Made by a program: the position numbers and the translations under genes | Origin: an uncultured Actinomycetes bacterium | GTDB lineage: Bacteria > Actinomycetota > Thermoleophilia > Gaiellales > Gaiellaceae | Assembly: GCA_963791425.1 (NCBI GenBank) | Contig: CAWBSE010000003.1 | Location: 858,078 to 922,077 of the forward strand | Direction of reading: 5' to 3' | DNA length: 64,000 nt | The notes under the pieces: model-generated | Seen by the model: only the letters and a program-made list of their open reading frames with translations | Told to the model about the DNA's origin: nothing | The model's database searches: none | In this document: positions 9,148-19,950 of the stretch, piece after piece | Position numbering within the stretch: the first letter of the stretch is position 1 | Layout: each line of letters begins with the position of its first letter

Positions 9148-9660
9148 GTGCCGCTCGCGGCCGGGCTCGTGCTGCTCGCCGTCGTGGCCGCGGGCTGCGG
9201 CGGGAAGAGCGGTGGAGGCGGCGGTGAGTCGACCGACGTCACGCTCGTCCAGGACGTGAACGGGCCGGGATTCACGTTCCGCGCCCTGTCGGCCTGGCCG
9301 GTGACGGTGGGCGCCACCTCTGCGGTTTCGAGGAAGAACGAGTCGACACTCGTCTCGGTGGTCGTCACGCCGCTGCTCAAGCCGTACAGGCCGGCGCTCT
9401 TCCCGAAGGTGGTCACGGAACTGGACCGGGTCGCGGGCGAGCTGGCCGGAAAGCTCGGCGGCAAGGTCACGTCGAAGAAGACCGCGATCGTCGCCGGCCG
9501 GAAGGCGAGGACGTACGACATCGCGCACGGCGACCTCGTCGACCGGATCACGTTCGTCCTGAAAGGGAAGTCGAACTACCAGCTCACCTGCCGCTGGTCC
9601 AACGCGGGCGGTGTGACCGACGGCTGCGGGCTGCTCGCGACGTCCTTCCGGTTCCGCTAG
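9148..9660 (+). CDS. Putative lipoprotein
   Basis: In-frame GTG at 9148. Lipobox LLAVVAAGCGG follows a hydrophobic h-region. No recognisable domain. Confidence 0.55.
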   Translation: MPLAAGLVLLAVVAAGCGGKSGGGGGESTDVTLVQDVNGPGFTFRALSAWPVTVGATSAVSRKNESTLVSVVVTPLLKPYRPALFPKVVTELDRVAGELAGKLGGKVTSKKTAIVAGRKARTYDIAHGDLVDRITFVLKGKSNYQLTCRWSNAGGVTDGCGLLATSFRFR

Positions 9661-9668
9661 CTGCTGCT

Positions 9669-12073
<2,405 letters not shown>

Positions 12074-12077
<4 letters not shown>

Positions 12078-12517
12078 GACTCTTCCCGCCGCTCGCCGAG
12101 GACGATCAGGATCCGGCCGGTACGCGGCCGCTGCGCCAGCGGCATCACGATCGTCAGCTGGCCGCGCTCGTAGTGCGCCTCGGCGCGCTCGGGGTCGACG
12201 TCCTCGGCCAGGCTGACGCTGCGCTGGAACTGTCCGTACTCGATCTCCATCTGGCGGTACGAGACGCGGCCCTCGAGCCGCGGCCGCCGCCGGATGCCGG
12301 TGATCGTCACGGTGCGCTCCGTCACGGTGATGTCGACGTCTGCCGGGTCGATGCCGGCGAGGTCGACGACCACTGTCACGGCCGGCGGAGTCTCGGACCG
12401 GTAACAGTCGATGTGCGGCTGGTAGCGCCCGCGCCGCGCGGCGAAGCCGGGCAGCTGCCACAGCTCGGAGAAGAGCTCTTCGATCTGCTCGGGAAGGATG
12501 TCGCGTTTTCTCGGCAC
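12074..12517 (-). CDS. Hsp20/alpha-crystallin small heat-shock protein
   Basis: 147-aa ORF. ACD-like core HIDCYRSETPPAVTVVVDLAGIDPADVDITV...AHYERGQLTIVMP. GTGA overlap with the lon start. Confidence 0.85.
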
Positions 12518-12557
12518 GTGGCTCTAGGGTACCCTCGGGTCGACGGTCCAACACGGA

Positions 12558-12586
12558 TTAGTACGCGCTAACTTAGCAAACACTAA
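12558..12586. promoter_or_regulatory. Two adjacent TTAG-N6-CTAA inverted repeats (candidate operator) in the hsp20-lon / MMPL divergent spacer
   Basis: TTAGTACGCGCTAA-C-TTAGCAAACACTAA is an AT-rich patch in an otherwise GC-rich 70-nt spacer. It only loosely resembles CIRCE. Confidence 0.35.
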
Positions 12587-12587
12587 C

Positions 12588-14759
12588 TTGATCACGACGT
12601 GGACGAAGGCGGCGATTCGCTTCCGGTGGGCGGTCGTCTGCGCATGGGTGGTCGTGCTGCTGGTGGGGTTCTGGGCAGCGGGCCGGCTCTCGTCGCTCCA
12701 GTCGAACGTCTTCAGCGTGCCCGGCACCGATTCCGAGCACGTCCGCGCGGTGCTGCAGGACCACTTCGGCGATCGCAGCGACGGCGCCTTCACGGTCGTC
12801 TTCCGCGTTCCCGATTCCGCCGATGCGTCCACGCAGGCGCGTCTGCAGGGTGTGGTCGACCGTGCAGCGCGCGCGGTCCCCGGCGGCAAGGGCACAGCCC
12901 TCGTGATCGCCGGCCCGCACGTGCTCTACGGGAACGTGATCTCGACGCTCAACCTGGCGAAGGCGAAGAACCGCGCCGACGCCCTCGTCCGTGCCGTCGG
13001 ACAGCCGCCGGGGGCGCACGCGTATGTCACCGGTGCGCCCGCGATCCAGAACGACCTCGATCCGGTCTTCAGCAAGGATCTGAAGAAGGGCGAGTCGATC
13101 GCGCTGCCGATCGCGCTCCTCGTCCTGCTGCTGGTCTTCGGCGTCTCGTGGGCGGTGACGATCCCGTTCCTGTTCGCGGCCAGCACCGTGTTCGGGACGC
13201 TCTCGCTGGTCTACATCGTCGCGCACTTCATGAACATGCCGACCTACGCGACGAACCTCGTGTTCCTGATCGGGCTCGGGGTCGCGATCGACTACTCGCT
13301 GCTGATCGTCTACCGCTTCCGCGAGGAGCTGGCCAACGGGCTGGAGGTCGAGGCGGCCGTGCTGCGGACGATGCAGACCGCGGGGCGCGCAGTGATGTTC
13401 TCGGGGGCGACCGTCGCGATCGGGCTCGCGCTGCTCATCTTCATGCCGCTGCCGTTCATCCGCTCGATCGGCGTCGCCGGGTTCCTGCTCCCCGTCGTCT
13501 CGGTGCTCGCCGCGGCGACGCTGCAGCCGGCGCTGCTCTCGCTCTACGGTCGCCGCGGCACGCGGCGCCTGCCGGTCGCGGGGTTCTTCCACCTCCCGGT
13601 CAAGGCTCGGGCGCCCGACGACGACGAGCACCGGTACTGGGCGCGAATGGCGCGGTCGATCATGCACCGGAAGTGGCGGTACGTGATCGCCACGGTCGGG
13701 CTGCTGCTCGCCGGGGCCGTGCCGGTCGCCTGGCTCCAGCTCACCCCGGGTGCGACGGCGGGCATCCCGCAGTCGCCGCAGTCGGTGCGCGGCCTGAAGG
13801 TGCTCGAGGGGGCGCTCGGGCCCGGGGCGATTGCTCCGGCCCAGGTCCTGATCGACACGGGCAAGGCGGGAGGCGCGTCCGACCCGGCCGTGCAGGCGGC
13901 GATCGTCCGGCTGGTCTCCCAGCTGAATCAGGACCAGGAGGTGTCGGCAACCTACTTCCTGCCCGGCGGCCGGTTCTTCGATCCGACCCGGCGGTACGCG
14001 CAGGTGATCGTCGCCACGGTCCACGAGTACGGCTCCGAGGAGGCCCAGGCATTCGCCGGCCGCCTGCGCTCGAAGCTGATCGACGCGGCCGGATTCCCGG
14101 CCGGCGCCGACGTGGAGGCGGGCGGAGCGTCACCGCAGGGCGTCGACTTCCTCAACGTCGCCTACGGCACGTTCCCCTGGCTCGTCCTGGCGGTGCTCGT
14201 GCTCACCTACCTGCTGCTGATGCGGGCGTTCCGCTCGCTGATCCTGCCGCTGAAGGCGGTGATCCTGAACCTCCTGTCGGTTGCGGCCGCGTACGGCGCG
14301 CTCGTGCTCGTCTTCCGGTTCGGGATCGGGAAGGACGTGCTCGGGCTGTACCAGTTCCCGCAGATCGAGGGCTGGATCCCGATCTTCCTGTTCGCGATGC
14401 TGTTCGGCCTCTCGATGGACTACGAGGTGTTCCTCGTCAGTCGGATGCGCGAGGAGTGGGACGAGACGCACGACAACGAGCGGGCGGTGGCGATGGGGCT
14501 CGAGCGCACGGGCCGGATCATCACGGCGGCCGCGGTGATCATGGTCGCCGCGTTCAGCGGGTTCATGGCAGGGAGCATCGTCGGCCTCCAGGAGTTCGGC
14601 GCCGGGCTGGCGGTCGCGATCCTGCTCGACGCGACCGTCGTGCGGGCGGTGATGGTGCCCGCGCTGATGGCGGTCATGGGCCGCTACAACTGGTGGCTGC
14701 CGGCACCGGTCGCCCGCGTTGTGCGCGTGCGGCCGTCCCCGTTGGCGCCCGCTGAATAA
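12588..14759 (+). CDS. MMPL-family (RND superfamily) membrane transporter
   Basis: 723-aa ORF with two 6-TM bundles. Typical MMPL motifs LGVAIDYSLLIVYRFREEL and FGLSMDYEVFLVSRMREEW. The TTG start abuts the repeat above. Confidence 0.9.
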   Translation: MITTWTKAAIRFRWAVVCAWVVVLLVGFWAAGRLSSLQSNVFSVPGTDSEHVRAVLQDHFGDRSDGAFTVVFRVPDSADASTQARLQGVVDRAARAVPGGKGTALVIAGPHVLYGNVISTLNLAKAKNRADALVRAVGQPPGAHAYVTGAPAIQNDLDPVFSKDLKKGESIALPIALLVLLLVFGVSWAVTIPFLFAASTVFGTLSLVYIVAHFMNMPTYATNLVFLIGLGVAIDYSLLIVYRFREELANGLEVEAAVLRTMQTAGRAVMFSGATVAIGLALLIFMPLPFIRSIGVAGFLLPVVSVLAAATLQPALLSLYGRRGTRRLPVAGFFHLPVKARAPDDDEHRYWARMARSIMHRKWRYVIATVGLLLAGAVPVAWLQLTPGATAGIPQSPQSVRGLKVLEGALGPGAIAPAQVLIDTGKAGGASDPAVQAAIVRLVSQLNQDQEVSATYFLPGGRFFDPTRRYAQVIVATVHEYGSEEAQAFAGRLRSKLIDAAGFPAGADVEAGGASPQGVDFLNVAYGTFPWLVLAVLVLTYLLLMRAFRSLILPLKAVILNLLSVAAAYGALVLVFRFGIGKDVLGLYQFPQIEGWIPIFLFAMLFGLSMDYEVFLVSRMREEWDETHDNERAVAMGLERTGRIITAAAVIMVAAFSGFMAGSIVGLQEFGAGLAVAILLDATVVRAVMVPALMAVMGRYNWWLPAPVARVVRVRPSPLAPAE

Positions 14760-14768
14760 AGTGCGGGC

Positions 14769-15365
14769 GTGGCCGACAACCGGGCCAGTCTGATTCTCCC
14801 CGACGGAACCGAGCGGGACCTCACCGCCGAGTTTTCCGTGGGCCGCGCCGAGGACAACAGCCTGATCATGGACAAGCCGACCGTCAGCCGGCATCACCTC
14901 GTCGTCACCGAGGAGGGCGACCGCTGGTTCGTCGAGGACCGCGGCAGCTTCAACGGCACGTTCATGAACGGCTCGCGGATCCAGGCGGGGTCGAAGGTGC
15001 CGCTCCGTCACGGCGACCGGATCGGCCTGGGCGCCGAGAGCGTCGTCTTCTCGGCGCCGAAGTCCCTGATCGATCCGGAGGTGACGACGTCGCTCTCGAC
15101 CGGCCCGCCGGCGATGACCCGGCCGCTCTCGCCGTTCCAGAAGCAGGTGGTCGAGGCGCTGTGCGCCGGCTGGCTCGCGGGCGGCTCGCTCGACGACCTG
15201 CCCACGAACGACGAGATCGCCGCGCGACTCGGCACACCGGGCGCGACGGAGACGGTGAAGGCGGCGCTGCGGCGCGCCTACGCGAAGGCGGGGCTCACGG
15301 AGGGCTCGCCGTACGCGAAGCGGCGGGCGCTCTGCAAGATCGCCAGGCAGCGCGGGTGGGTATGA
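14769..15365 (+). CDS. FHA-domain protein with C-terminal LuxR-like HTH region
   Basis: FHA core FSVGRAEDNSLIMDKPTVSRHHLVV..FVEDRGSFNGTFMNGSRI. C-terminus LSPFQKQVVEALCAGW...TNDEIAARLG...TVKAALRRAY resembles a GerE/LuxR HTH. Confidence 0.75.
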   Translation: MADNRASLILPDGTERDLTAEFSVGRAEDNSLIMDKPTVSRHHLVVTEEGDRWFVEDRGSFNGTFMNGSRIQAGSKVPLRHGDRIGLGAESVVFSAPKSLIDPEVTTSLSTGPPAMTRPLSPFQKQVVEALCAGWLAGGSLDDLPTNDEIAARLGTPGATETVKAALRRAYAKAGLTEGSPYAKRRALCKIARQRGWV

Positions 15366-16105
15366 AAGGCGTCGTTCTTGCAGGCGGGACCGGGTCGCGA
15401 CTCGACCCGCTGACCCGGATCACCAACAAGCACCTGCTGCCGGTCTACGACCGGCCGATGGTCTCCTACGCGATCGAGGCGCTCGTGCGTGCCGGGATCA
15501 ACGAGCTGATGCTCGTCACGGGCGGGACGCACGCCGGCGAGTTCTTCCGCCTGCTCGGCAACGGCCACGAGCACGGGATCGACAAGCTGCTGTACGCGTA
15601 CCAGGAGAAGCCGGGTGGGATCGCGGAGGCGCTCGGCCTGGCGGAGCGGTTCGTCGACCGCGACCGTGTCTGCGTGATGCTCGCGGACAACGTGCTCGAG
15701 CGGTCGTTCCGACCGTCGGCCGAGCGGTTCGCCGCGCAGGCGCGCGGCGCGCGGATCCTCCTGTCCCGCGAGTACGACTCCGACCATCTCCGCCACCTCG
15801 GCGTCCCCGAGTTCGACGGCGACGGGAAGCTCACGCGGATCGTCGAGAAGCCCGACGAGCCTCCGAGCGAGTACGCGGTCACCGGCGTCTACTTCTACGA
15901 CGAGACCGTGTGGGACGTGCTGCCGACGCTAGAGCCGTCCGGCCGCGGCGAGCTGGAGATCACCGACGTGAACAACTGGTTCGTCGAGCAGGGAACGATG
16001 GAGTACGACGTGCTCGAGGGCTTCTGGGGCGACGCCGGCGAGTCGATCGAGGCGTACTACGTCGCCAACGACTTCGTCCGGGCGAACGGCGCGAACCATG
16101 ATTGA
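15362..16105 (+). CDS. rmlA: Glucose-1-phosphate thymidylyltransferase-like sugar nucleotidyltransferase
   Basis: ATG at 15362 (ATGA overlap with the FHA gene). MKGVVLAGGTGSRLDPLTRITNKHLLPVYDRPM matches the G-x-G-T-R-L signature. Confidence 0.85.
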   Translation: MKGVVLAGGTGSRLDPLTRITNKHLLPVYDRPMVSYAIEALVRAGINELMLVTGGTHAGEFFRLLGNGHEHGIDKLLYAYQEKPGGIAEALGLAERFVDRDRVCVMLADNVLERSFRPSAERFAAQARGARILLSREYDSDHLRHLGVPEFDGDGKLTRIVEKPDEPPSEYAVTGVYFYDETVWDVLPTLEPSGRGELEITDVNNWFVEQGTMEYDVLEGFWGDAGESIEAYYVANDFVRANGANHD

Positions 16106-17330
16106 CGGGATCGTCCGGGTTCCGCTGAAGCGCTACGAGGACGAGCGCGGGTGGCTGATGGAGATCCGCCGCGAGAGCGCGCTGCCCAAGCCGACGCGGC
16201 AGACGAACGTGTCGTTCTCGCGCGCGGGCGTGATCCGCGGGCTGCATTTCCACGAGCGCGGCCAGGACGACCTGTTCTGTTGCCTGCAGGGCACGGCCCG
16301 CGTCGTCGTCCTCGACCGCACCACCGGCGAGACCTTCACCGAGGACATCGGCCAGGACAACCCGGTGGCGCTCTACATCCCCGGCATCCACGCTCACGGT
16401 TTCGAGGCGATCACCGATCTCGTCTTCTGTTACCACGTCACCGAGGAGTACGACCCCGCCGACCCCGACGAGCACGGGATCGACTGGGACGACCCGCGGG
16501 TCGGCCCACCTCTGGAGCACCTCATCTCCGATCCTCTCGGCGAGAGATACCCCCGCGTCCTGATCACGGGCGCCGGCGGGCAGCTCGGGACGGCGCTGGC
16601 GGAGGCGTTCCCGTGGGCGCACGCGTTCGACCGCACGGGGCTGGACGTCGTTCAGGAGGTGCCCGAGGGATACGACCTCGTCCTGCACGCCGCCGCCTGG
16701 ACGAACGTCGACGGGGCCGAGGGCGAGCCGCACAGCGCGGAGGCGGTGAACGTCCTCGGGACGCGGAACGTCGTCGCCGGTGGCGCGCCGGTCGTCTACT
16801 TCTCGAGCGACTACGTCTTCGACGGCGAGAAGCGCGAGCCGTATGTCGAGTCCGACCCGCCCGCGCCGCGTTCCGTCTACGGCCGGACGAAGCTCGAGGG
16901 CGAGCAGGAGGTACGCGACGGGTGGATCGTGCGCTCGTCTTGGCTGTTCGGCTCGACGGGCCACAACTTCGTCCGGACGATGCTCCGCCTCGGCGCTGAG
17001 CGCGACGAGGTCGCCGTCGTCGACGACCAGCGCGGCTCCCCGACCTACGTCGGTCATCTCGCCGATGCGACCCGGACGATCATCGAGCTGCCGCACGGCA
17101 CGTACCACGCCGCCGCCGAGGGCGACTGCACCTGGGCCGACTTCGCGGAGGCGATCTTCGAGGACGCCGGCCTCGCCTGCCGCGTCCGCCGGATCACGGC
17201 CGCCGAGTACGGCGCCGCCGCACCCCGCCCGGCCTACTCGGTCATCCGCTCCGAGAACCCGGACACCCCGCGCCTCCCCCACTGGCGCGAGGGTCTGCGC
17301 GCCTGCCTCGTCCGTCTCGGCCACGTCTGA
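16098..17330 (+). CDS. Fused dTDP-4-dehydrorhamnose 3,5-epimerase / dTDP-4-dehydrorhamnose reductase (RmlC-RmlD)
   Basis: The N-terminal ~150 aa form a cupin epimerase (RGLHFHERGQDDLFCCLQG..HGFEAI). The remainder is an SDR reductase (VLITGAGGQLG...YGRTKLEGE...DQRGSPTY). Confidence 0.85.
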   Translation: MIDGIVRVPLKRYEDERGWLMEIRRESALPKPTRQTNVSFSRAGVIRGLHFHERGQDDLFCCLQGTARVVVLDRTTGETFTEDIGQDNPVALYIPGIHAHGFEAITDLVFCYHVTEEYDPADPDEHGIDWDDPRVGPPLEHLISDPLGERYPRVLITGAGGQLGTALAEAFPWAHAFDRTGLDVVQEVPEGYDLVLHAAAWTNVDGAEGEPHSAEAVNVLGTRNVVAGGAPVVYFSSDYVFDGEKREPYVESDPPAPRSVYGRTKLEGEQEVRDGWIVRSSWLFGSTGHNFVRTMLRLGAERDEVAVVDDQRGSPTYVGHLADATRTIIELPHGTYHAAAEGDCTWADFAEAIFEDAGLACRVRRITAAEYGAAAPRPAYSVIRSENPDTPRLPHWREGLRACLVRLGHV

Positions 17331-17343
17331 GCACCGCCCACGA

Positions 17344-17470
17344 GACATGTCCGCGCAGGCCACGGCTGGTGCCAGGCACAGGACTTGGCCGTTCTGGCCA
17401 ATCACCCGGCATCGTTGACGGCCGCTCTCGTCCGGATTGGACATGTCGCGTGCCTGGCACCGGACGTGTC
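17344..17470. repeat. Long imperfect inverted repeat in the rmlCD-rmlB spacer
   Basis: GACATGTCC (17344..17352) and GGTGCCAGGCAC (17368..17379) pair with GTGCCTGGCACC (17450..17461) and GGACGTGTC (17462..17470). A nested palindrome TTGGCC-GTTCT-GGCCAA lies inside. Confidence 0.6.
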
Positions 17471-17535
17471 CGGTTGAGCCATGGCGGTGGCTCGCTGGCG
17501 GACAGGGCCGTTTCGTCTCCTCTACCCTTGTGGGC

Positions 17536-18527
17536 ATGAGGGTGCTCGTCACCGGCGGGGCCGGGTTCATCGGGTCGCACTTCGCGAAGCGGCTCGCCGC
17601 GCGCGGGGACGAGGTCGTCGTCCTCGACAAGCTGACCTACTCCGGGAACCCGGCGAATCTCGACGGCACGGACGTCGAGCTGGTGGTCGGGGACATCTGC
17701 GACGCGGAGGCGGTCGCCACCGCCGGTGCCGGTTGCGACGCGGTCGTCAACTTCGCCGCCGAGACGCACGTCGACCGGTCGATCCTCGGCGCGGCCGAGT
17801 TCATCGAGACCGATGTGCACGGCACCTACGTGCTGCTGAACTGGGCGCGCGAGACCGGCGCCCGCCTCGTCCAGGTCTCGACCGACGAGGTGTACGGCGA
17901 CATCCCGGAGGGCGAGCGCTCCACCGAGACCGATCCGCTGCGGCCGTCCAGCCCCTACGCGGCCTCGAAGGCCGGAGGTGACCTGCAGGTGCTCGCCGCC
18001 GTCCGCACGCACGGGGTAGACGCGTGCATCACCCGCGCCGCGAACAACTACGGGCCGAACCAGTACCCCGAGAAGCTGATTCCGCTGTTCGTCACCAACG
18101 CGCTCGACGGTGAGCCGCTGCCGCGTCTACGGTGACGGCCGACAGCGGCGCGAGTGGCTCCACGCCGACGACCACTGCGCCGCGGTCGAGCTCGTCCTCC
18201 GCGAGGGCCGCTCCGGCGAGATCTACAACGTGGGCGGTGAGGAGCGCGAGAACATCGAGATCACACACGCGCATCCTTGAGTTGACCAGCGCAGACGACG
18301 ACCTGTCCGCCATGTCGATGACCGGCGCCGGCCACGACCGTCGGTACGCGCTCGACGACTCGAAGCTTCACGCGCTTGGCTGGTCGCGGTCGCACTCGCT
18401 CGGTGGAAGTGGCCTCCGCGAGACGGTGGACTGGTACCGCGACAACCGCGCCTGGTGGGAGCCGATCAAGAGCGGCGAGTACCAGCGGTACTACGAGCAG
18501 CAGTACGGCGCTCGCCTCAGCAGTTAA
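17536..18527 (+). pseudogene. rmlB: dTDP-glucose 4,6-dehydratase, reading frame broken at least twice (frameshifts or sequencing errors)
   Basis: MRVLVTGGAGFIGSH..YAASKAGGD in frame 1 up to 18135. VYGDGRQRREWLHADDHCAAVELVL..NVGG in frame 2. RILELT..GHDRRYALD..WWEPIK in frame 3 (ORFs 17437..18135 and 18132..18527). Confidence 0.85.
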
Positions 18528-18564
18528 TTCCCTGTAAACGGCCCGAAACGTCAGCTAGCCTGGG

Positions 18565-19950
18565 GTGCCGGGTTCGCACATGCCCAGTCGCCGCCTCGCC
18601 CTCCTCATCGCCCTCCTCGCGGCCGCGCTGCTCGGTCCAGCGGGAGCGAGCCCGCAGACGACGCCCCCGGCGGTCGTCGCCACCACGTTCGTGATCTCTG
18701 GCCACGGCTGGGGCCACGGCGTCGGGCTGGCGCAGTGGGGCGCGTACGGGTACGCGAAGCACGGCGTCACGTACGACAAGATCCTCTCGCACTACTACCC
18801 GGGCACCACGCTCGCCCCGACGCCGGTCTCGAAGATCAACGTCCTGCTGGTCGAGGGCGCGAAGCGCGTCGTCGTCTCGTCGCCGGCCGACTTCAGCGTC
18901 AGGGACGCCTCGGGCGCCGTCCACGACCTCGCCGCCGGCAACTACGCGTGGGACTCGACGCTGACGCTGCAGACCGACCCGTCGCAGCCGGCCGTCCAGC
19001 TCCCCGGCCCGCTCACCTTCCTCCCCGGCAAGCAGCCGCTCTGGCTGAAGAATCCCTACCGCGGCACGTTCACACTGGCGGCGAACGGCAAGAACCTGAC
19101 CGTTGTGAACTCCGTCGCGATCGAGGGGTATACGCGCGGTGTGGTCTCCAGCGAGATGCCGCACGACTGGCCGCTGGAGGCGGTGAAGGCGCAGGCGGTC
19201 GCCGCCCGCTCCTACGCGCTCGCGCATCGCCGCGGCGGCACGTTCGACGTCTACAACGACACGCGCGACCAGGTCTACGGCGGCATCCTCGCCGAGACGC
19301 CCGTCGGCGACCAGGCGGTCGCGGGCACGAAGCGCCAGGTGCTGCTCTACGACGGCAAGGTCGCGAGCACGTTCTTCTTCTCGAGCTCCGGCGGCCGCAC
19401 GGCTGCCGTCACCAGCGTGTTCTCGGGCGCCAAGCCGACGCCCTATCTCGTCTCGGTGCCCGACCCCTGGGACATCTACTCCCCGTACCACAACTGGGGC
19501 CCGGTGGCCGTCAACGCCACCACCGCGAGCCAGATCCTCCAGGTCGGCGGGATCACCGCGCTCCGCACCGTTCCGGCGAAGGGCCACGCAAAGTCGATCG
19601 TCGTCACCGGCCGCAACGGCGACGTCACCATGTCCGCCTCGGAGGTCCGCCGCGCGCTCGGCCTGCGCTCGACCTGGATGACCATCGGCGTGCTCGCGCT
19701 GTCCCGCCCCGGCGGCGACGTCGCACCGGGCTCGTCGGTGACGATCAGCGGCAAGGCGACCGGGGTGCAGAGCGCGACGCTCGAGCAGCGGGCCGCCGCC
19801 GGCGGCACGTGGCAGCCCGGCCCGGCGCTGTCGCTCCAGTCGGACGGCACGTTCTCGGTCGCCGTCGCGCCGTCGGCGCCGACGCTCTACCGGCTCTCCG
19901 CCGGCACGATCAAGAGCGCCGCGCTGAAAGTCGCCGTCGTCGCGACATGA
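18565..19950 (+). CDS. SpoIID/LytB-domain protein (amidase-enhancer-like), secreted
   Basis: Signal peptide. Motifs GHGWGHGVGLAQWGAYGYA, AVKAQAVAARSYAL and FFFSSSGGRTA. Confidence 0.85.
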   Translation: MPGSHMPSRRLALLIALLAAALLGPAGASPQTTPPAVVATTFVISGHGWGHGVGLAQWGAYGYAKHGVTYDKILSHYYPGTTLAPTPVSKINVLLVEGAKRVVVSSPADFSVRDASGAVHDLAAGNYAWDSTLTLQTDPSQPAVQLPGPLTFLPGKQPLWLKNPYRGTFTLAANGKNLTVVNSVAIEGYTRGVVSSEMPHDWPLEAVKAQAVAARSYALAHRRGGTFDVYNDTRDQVYGGILAETPVGDQAVAGTKRQVLLYDGKVASTFFFSSSGGRTAAVTSVFSGAKPTPYLVSVPDPWDIYSPYHNWGPVAVNATTASQILQVGGITALRTVPAKGHAKSIVVTGRNGDVTMSASEVRRALGLRSTWMTIGVLALSRPGGDVAPGSSVTISGKATGVQSATLEQRAAAGGTWQPGPALSLQSDGTFSVAVAPSAPTLYRLSAGTIKSAALKVAVVAT

